Part shown: positions 7,190 to 10,664 of the stretch, in pieces
How positions within the stretch are numbered: position 1 is the first letter of the stretch
How the letters are laid out: the number at the start of each line of letters is the position of its first letter
NCBI GenBank assembly: GCA_016839705.1
Contig: JAEOTR010000050.1
Span: 1 to 10,664 of the forward strand
DNA length: 10,664 bases
Source of the DNA: Promethearchaeota archaeon
Lineage (GTDB): Archaea; Asgardarchaeota; Lokiarchaeia; Sigyniarchaeales; SOKP01
Direction: 5' to 3'
The notes under the pieces: generated by a model
What the model was told of the DNA's origin: nothing
What the model saw: the letters and a program-made list of their open reading frames with translations, nothing else
The model's database searches: none
Made by a program: the position numbers and the translations under genes

Positions 7190-8494
7190 ATGAGAGTAGA
7201 AATTCAAAGAAGTGCACAAATCCTTGTGATATTTTTAATTTTATATGGTATTTTAACAATTGATTTTAGGTCTTCTAAAATGATTTATATTGAAGAAAGT
7301 AATGAAAAAATAACTTCGGAGTATTTGAATATATCTGCAAATTCAACGTCTTGGATTCGCACCTGGAGTAAATTTGGAGAAGAATATGGTAACGCAATAG
7401 TGATAGACTCTTCAAATGATATATATGTTGGGGGAACCACATTAGATTCTAGCTCAGGTCTAAGATATTTATGTCTTTTGAAATATAATTCTTCGGGTGA
7501 TATGATTTGGGAACAAATTTGGAGAGATGAGAGAGCAGAATGGATGGGGTGTAGTACGGTTGCCAATGATTCTTTAGATAATATATACTTAGCCGGGACT
7601 ATGGAAATACCTCCACTAAACAAACAATTTATGATTCTTTTAAAATATGATAAATTGGGGAATAAACTCTGGAATATTAGCTGGGGACGATATGGATTAG
7701 ATATATGCAGTGATACTGCCATTGATTCCTCAAATAATATTTATCTCGTTGGTTATAGTTTTAATCAAATCAGTGGTGCAGATCTTTCATTAGTTAAATT
7801 TAATAGCTCTGGGACTCAGTTATGGAATTATTCATTAGCAAGCTTGTCTTACGATGAAGGAACTACTTTAGCAATAGATTCAAATGGGAATTCTTATATT
7901 GGAGGATTGTATAAAAATGAGGGTATACTTCTTAAATTGAATGCTACCGGAGCAATTCAATGGAATTTCACTTTTTCTAGTGATTTCATTTCCGATGTAG
8001 CGATTGATTCTTCTGACAATATCATTGCATCCGGTTCAGGCACTTTATTTAAATTTAATTGCTCAGGTTCTCAATTATGGAATGAAACCATTAAAAGATC
8101 AACCTCTAAATCTTTTATTATTGATTCTTCTGATAACATTTATATGGCCCAAAATAGAATAGTTGATTGCATTGATAATAGTTTCTTTACAGAACCGTTG
8201 TGTTATTGTACAGACATATATATAGAACAATTTAATCAAGAAGGAGATTCACTTTGGGAAAAAAGAATTACAGGATGTTCTGGGAAAATAGTTAGTGATT
8301 TAGCTTTAGATTCTTTGGAAGATTTATATATGAGCGGGACTGTAGCTAGGAATGTGCTTTTAATAAAGAATCCTGAAGAATATTATGGGATTTGCTTTGA
8401 ATTTTACTGGGATTTATTTCTCGTTATTATCATCCCTTCTTCAATTATAATTTATATAATTATTATTTATTTCTTCAGAAAAAGACGAAAATAA
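7190..8494 (+). CDS. Secreted, membrane-anchored SBBP-repeat seven-bladed beta-propeller protein
   Basis: N-terminal hydrophobic signal/TM and seven AIDSSxNIY-like repeats (IVIDSSNDIY, VANDSLDNIY, TAIDSSNNIY, LAIDSNGNSY, VAIDSSDNII, FIIDSSDNIY, LALDSLEDLY) with KYNSSG...W motifs. A C-terminal TM is followed by RKRRK. Confidence 0.88.
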   Translation: MRVEIQRSAQILVIFLILYGILTIDFRSSKMIYIEESNEKITSEYLNISANSTSWIRTWSKFGEEYGNAIVIDSSNDIYVGGTTLDSSSGLRYLCLLKYNSSGDMIWEQIWRDERAEWMGCSTVANDSLDNIYLAGTMEIPPLNKQFMILLKYDKLGNKLWNISWGRYGLDICSDTAIDSSNNIYLVGYSFNQISGADLSLVKFNSSGTQLWNYSLASLSYDEGTTLAIDSNGNSYIGGLYKNEGILLKLNATGAIQWNFTFSSDFISDVAIDSSDNIIASGSGTLFKFNCSGSQLWNETIKRSTSKSFIIDSSDNIYMAQNRIVDCIDNSFFTEPLCYCTDIYIEQFNQEGDSLWEKRITGCSGKIVSDLALDSLEDLYMSGTVARNVLLIKNPEEYYGICFEFYWDLFLVIIIPSSIIIYIIIIYFFRKRRK

Positions 8495-8512
8495 TTAAGT
8501 AAGGTTGTATTC

Positions 8513-8719
8513 ATGTCTCATTGTATTGATTGTGGAACAGAAATTGTAGAAACTGGAATTGAAAGTGATGTTTTACGATGTCCAGGTTGTGAATATAGAA
8601 TGAATCTCAAAAAAGCGATGCGGAAAACCACCTTATATTGTATCATAGCAATAGTAATATTAGGTTTAGGTGCAAACTTGCTATTTACGATCTTAAGATT
8701 CTTGTTTTTAACCTTTTGA
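8513..8719 (+). CDS. Small zinc-ribbon protein with C-terminal transmembrane helix
   Basis: CIDC-x15-CPGC, a basic linker KKAMRK, then a hydrophobic tail. It starts 18 nt after the propeller gene stop. Confidence 0.75.
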   Translation: MSHCIDCGTEIVETGIESDVLRCPGCEYRMNLKKAMRKTTLYCIIAIVILGLGANLLFTILRFLFLTF

Positions 8720-8763
8720 TTGAGTAAATGAAAGGGTTTTAAGAAAATAATAATCCAGGACCG

Positions 8764-9846
8764 CTACTTTTGTGAGAAAATTTGATCCATTTTCAATAAT
8801 AAGCTCATATCGCCTTCAATTTTATAAAGTCCGTCCATAAAAGCTTTTGCACCATCGATTTCTCCCGTTGACATTTTCATCCAAATATCAGTTGGGGCGA
8901 TTATAGTTATAGTTGGGCTGGGATGAGCCCCTTTATACGCATTACATTCATTATCGTTAATAATAAGATAATATAGATTCCCTTCGAGATTAAACTGGAT
9001 AACGCTACTAAGCTCAGGTATAGTTTTTGAGTTGTATTGAGCTGCCATCCCCGCAAAATATGATGCCATTCCATCATCTGTTATTTTTAAAGGTAACTCT
9101 TCGGTCGATTCGATTTTAATATTAGAGTAATCCTTAGGTCGTAAAGCATCCCAATATTTGGTTGCTACTTCTCTTAAATTTTGAATTTGTTTATCAGTAA
9201 AATGAGTTTCATCAGCAATCATTTTTTGAGTTTCCATAGAAACAAAACCATTCTTTCCAACTTCAAAACCGGCTTGTTCGACCAAGTCATACAGTTTTTT
9301 ATATGAATTTTGGTAATCATCCTTACTCATCATTTCTGCTCCCCCGATCAAAATTTCCCCAACATATTCAAGTGACTTAAAAGTTTTTTTAAAAGCTAGT
9401 ACTAAGGCATCGAAATGAGAAAGCTCAGGAAATCCAGCAACGCTGATTAGAAAAATTTTTTGAAGGTTAGAGGGTTCTCGTCTTGGATGAGAAGTTATAC
9501 CATTCCTTTCTATTAAATAGGGTTCGACTAATGGAAGTGATCGATCTAAGAAATCTTTCATCAATCCTGGGACGTGGTAAATATAAAGAGGTGTAGCAAA
9601 AACAGCTAAATTTGCTTCTCGGAATTTAGCTAGATTTTCAACCATATCATCCTTATGAATGCATACTCCAGGTGTCTTTGTCCAGCACGTGAAGCATCCT
9701 TGGCAGTGATTAATTTTCTGCTTACACAGCATTATTTCCTCTACTTCCGCACCTGCTCTTTTCAGGCCCTCACCGAATTTATAACCCACATGATAAGATG
9801 CGGACTTCGTGTGCCGAGGACTTCCATAAATAATTATAACCTTCAT
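8764..9846 (-). CDS. Flavodoxin-like NAD(P)H-dependent FMN reductase / iron-sulfur flavoprotein fused to a C-terminal SCP2 lipid-binding domain
   Basis: MKVIIIYGSPR, CQGCFTCWTKTPGVC (Cx2Cx2Cx7C), FATPLY and MKDFLDR. The C-terminal IQFNL...PTITI...GEIDGAKAFMDGLYKIEGDMSLLLKM is typical of SCP2. Confidence 0.9.
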   Translation of the reverse strand: MKVIIIYGSPRHTKSASYHVGYKFGEGLKRAGAEVEEIMLCKQKINHCQGCFTCWTKTPGVCIHKDDMVENLAKFREANLAVFATPLYIYHVPGLMKDFLDRSLPLVEPYLIERNGITSHPRREPSNLQKIFLISVAGFPELSHFDALVLAFKKTFKSLEYVGEILIGGAEMMSKDDYQNSYKKLYDLVEQAGFEVGKNGFVSMETQKMIADETHFTDKQIQNLREVATKYWDALRPKDYSNIKIESTEELPLKITDDGMASYFAGMAAQYNSKTIPELSSVIQFNLEGNLYYLIINDNECNAYKGAHPSPTITIIAPTDIWMKMSTGEIDGAKAFMDGLYKIEGDMSLLLKMDQIFSQK

Positions 9847-9917
9847 TTTAGAGTCATTTATTAAATAATTATTATTATTATCAATGTTTTTTGAGAATAA
9901 TAAATTTTATTTTAAAC

Positions 9918-9960
9918 ATTAGGAGACCAATTTTATACAAGCATATTTGTATATCCTAAT
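9918..9960. repeat. Nested inverted repeat: ATTAGGA/TCCTAAT enclosing TATACAA-N6-TTGTATA
   Basis: Outer arms 9918-9924/9954-9960 and inner arms 9934-9940/9947-9953, with a 9-nt one-sided bulge at 9925-9933. Confidence 0.55.
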
Positions 9961-9970
9961 AAAAAAAAAA
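9961..9970 (-). terminator. Putative oligo-T terminator (T10)
   Basis: T10 on the minus strand 12 nt after the tandem TAA TAA (9988-9983). Confidence 0.55.
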
Positions 9971-9985
9971 GAATTAATTTTGTTA

Positions 9986-10390
9986 TTAAAATAACGGTTT
10001 CATTTTATCTTCTTGTTGTAGAAAGGTTAGCAGAAAAAGAGCAAGGAGAACTAATGATAGTATAATCAAAAGAATCCCCATAATTAAGTCAAGTGCGGGT
10101 AGAATTACAATAGCGGTTATCACCGCTGCAATTAACCATACCATTTCTGCGATTACAATAATTTTAACTTCTTTTCATTCCTTCGCCGAGAATCCAAAAA
10201 GGGAACTTACCGTAAATCCAGCAAATAGAGCTCCTATGGTTAAGCTCATAGTGTGAGTATCTAATGTGCGCTCAATTCCAAGAATTGGACTCATAATATC
10301 AGGAATCCAGAATAAGACTGTAAAAACAAGAGCTATTATAAAGTGGAGTATAAAGGTCAATTTCGTAAACCTTAGAATCTCTTCACCTAT
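9986..10390 (-). pseudogene. Four-TM membrane protein gene interrupted by an in-frame TGA at 10177-10175 (pseudogene, sequence error or readthrough)
   Basis: The 61-aa ORF continues in frame after TGA: ...FSAKE*KEVKIIVIAEMVWLIAAVITAIVILPALDLIMGILLIILSLVLLALFLLTFLQQEDKMKPLF TAA TAA. Upstream the frame is open through ATA 10390 (IGEEILRFTKLTFILHF). Confidence 0.75.
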
Positions 10391-10478
10391 CTTTCAATCA
10401 CTTTTGTGTTAAATTTTCTTGATATGTTTGTTGTTTGTTTTTCTTGTATTTATTTCTTCCCATCTTTGTAAAGATAAT

Positions 10479-10486
10479 AAAAAAAA
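10479..10486 (-). terminator. Putative oligo-T terminator (T8)
   Basis: T8 on the minus strand 2 nt after the TAA at 10491-10489. Confidence 0.5.
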
Positions 10487-10488
10487 GA

Positions 10489-10664
10489 TTACATTGCTGA
10501 TAATTGAGCAGCTTCATCAAATAGTATTTCAATCATAGTAGGGAAAAAGGTATTAACCAAATAATCATCTACAACTAAACTAGCACCTCGATTAACGGCA
10601 AATACAATCCCATATTTACCGTTACTCGTTGTTTTAAACGACATTTGTGCGAGAAAACCAGGTA
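10489..10664 (-). CDS. C-terminal fragment of a probable serine hydrolase (beta-lactamase/penicillin-binding protein family)
   Basis: Open frame from the right edge: PGFLAQMSFKTTSNGKYGIVFAVNRGASLVVDDYLVNTFFPTMIEILFDEAAQLSAM*. The PGF.A.M.F...GIV...N pattern resembles the terminal strands of this family. Catalytic motifs would lie outside the window. Confidence 0.55.
   Translation of the reverse strand, partial: PGFLAQMSFKTTSNGKYGIVFAVNRGASLVVDDYLVNTFFPTMIEILFDEAAQLSAM

Noticed and set aside
7285-7722. 145-aa minus-strand ORF
   Set aside because: Antisense shadow of the beta-propeller gene.
7720-8135. Recurrent ATTGATTC(TTCTGA) nucleotide repeats
   Set aside because: Explained by the encoded IDSS blade repeats. 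They are not CRISPR or DGR repeats.
9655-9864. 69-aa plus-strand ORF
   Set aside because: Antisense to the flavoprotein 5' end.
9918-9960. Hairpin as a canonical SECIS element for the TGA gene
   Set aside because: It lacks the tandem GA/AUGA core and apical AA, and lies beyond a likely T10 terminator.
1-10664. Genome-wide TGA=Trp reassignment
   Set aside because: Trp codons in the other genes are TGG, long ORFs are intact under code 11, and TGA plausibly terminates the Zn-ribbon gene.

Overview
This is an AT-rich archaeal chromosomal segment, most likely from an Asgard (Lokiarchaeia-like) genome. That assignment is an inference from the archaeal/eukaryotic-type IF-1A, TATA-like boxes, oligo-T terminators and overall gene content. 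From left to right it holds: (1) a >800-codon membrane protein missed by the ORF track, an ABC-exporter-type permease fused to a degenerate CPBP/CAAX-protease-like domain that runs off the left edge; (2) translation initiation factor aIF-1A with a eukaryote-like basic N-terminal tail; (3) a convergent cold-shock protein; (4) a hypothetical protein with a possible longin/roadblock-like fold; (5) a GC-richer extended-SDR reductase; (6) a Nif3-like metal-centre protein; (7) a membrane-anchored seven-bladed SBBP beta-propeller followed by a small Zn-ribbon/TM protein; (8) an Fe-S flavoprotein-SCP2 fusion; (9) a ~134-codon membrane protein gene interrupted by an in-frame TGA; and (10) the 3' end of a probable serine hydrolase. 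I found no rRNA, tRNA, CRISPR array or mobile element, and no clearly coherent multi-gene novel system. The best leads are the permease-pseudoprotease fusion, the TGA-interrupted gene, the eukaryote-like aIF-1A and the possible longin/roadblock protein.
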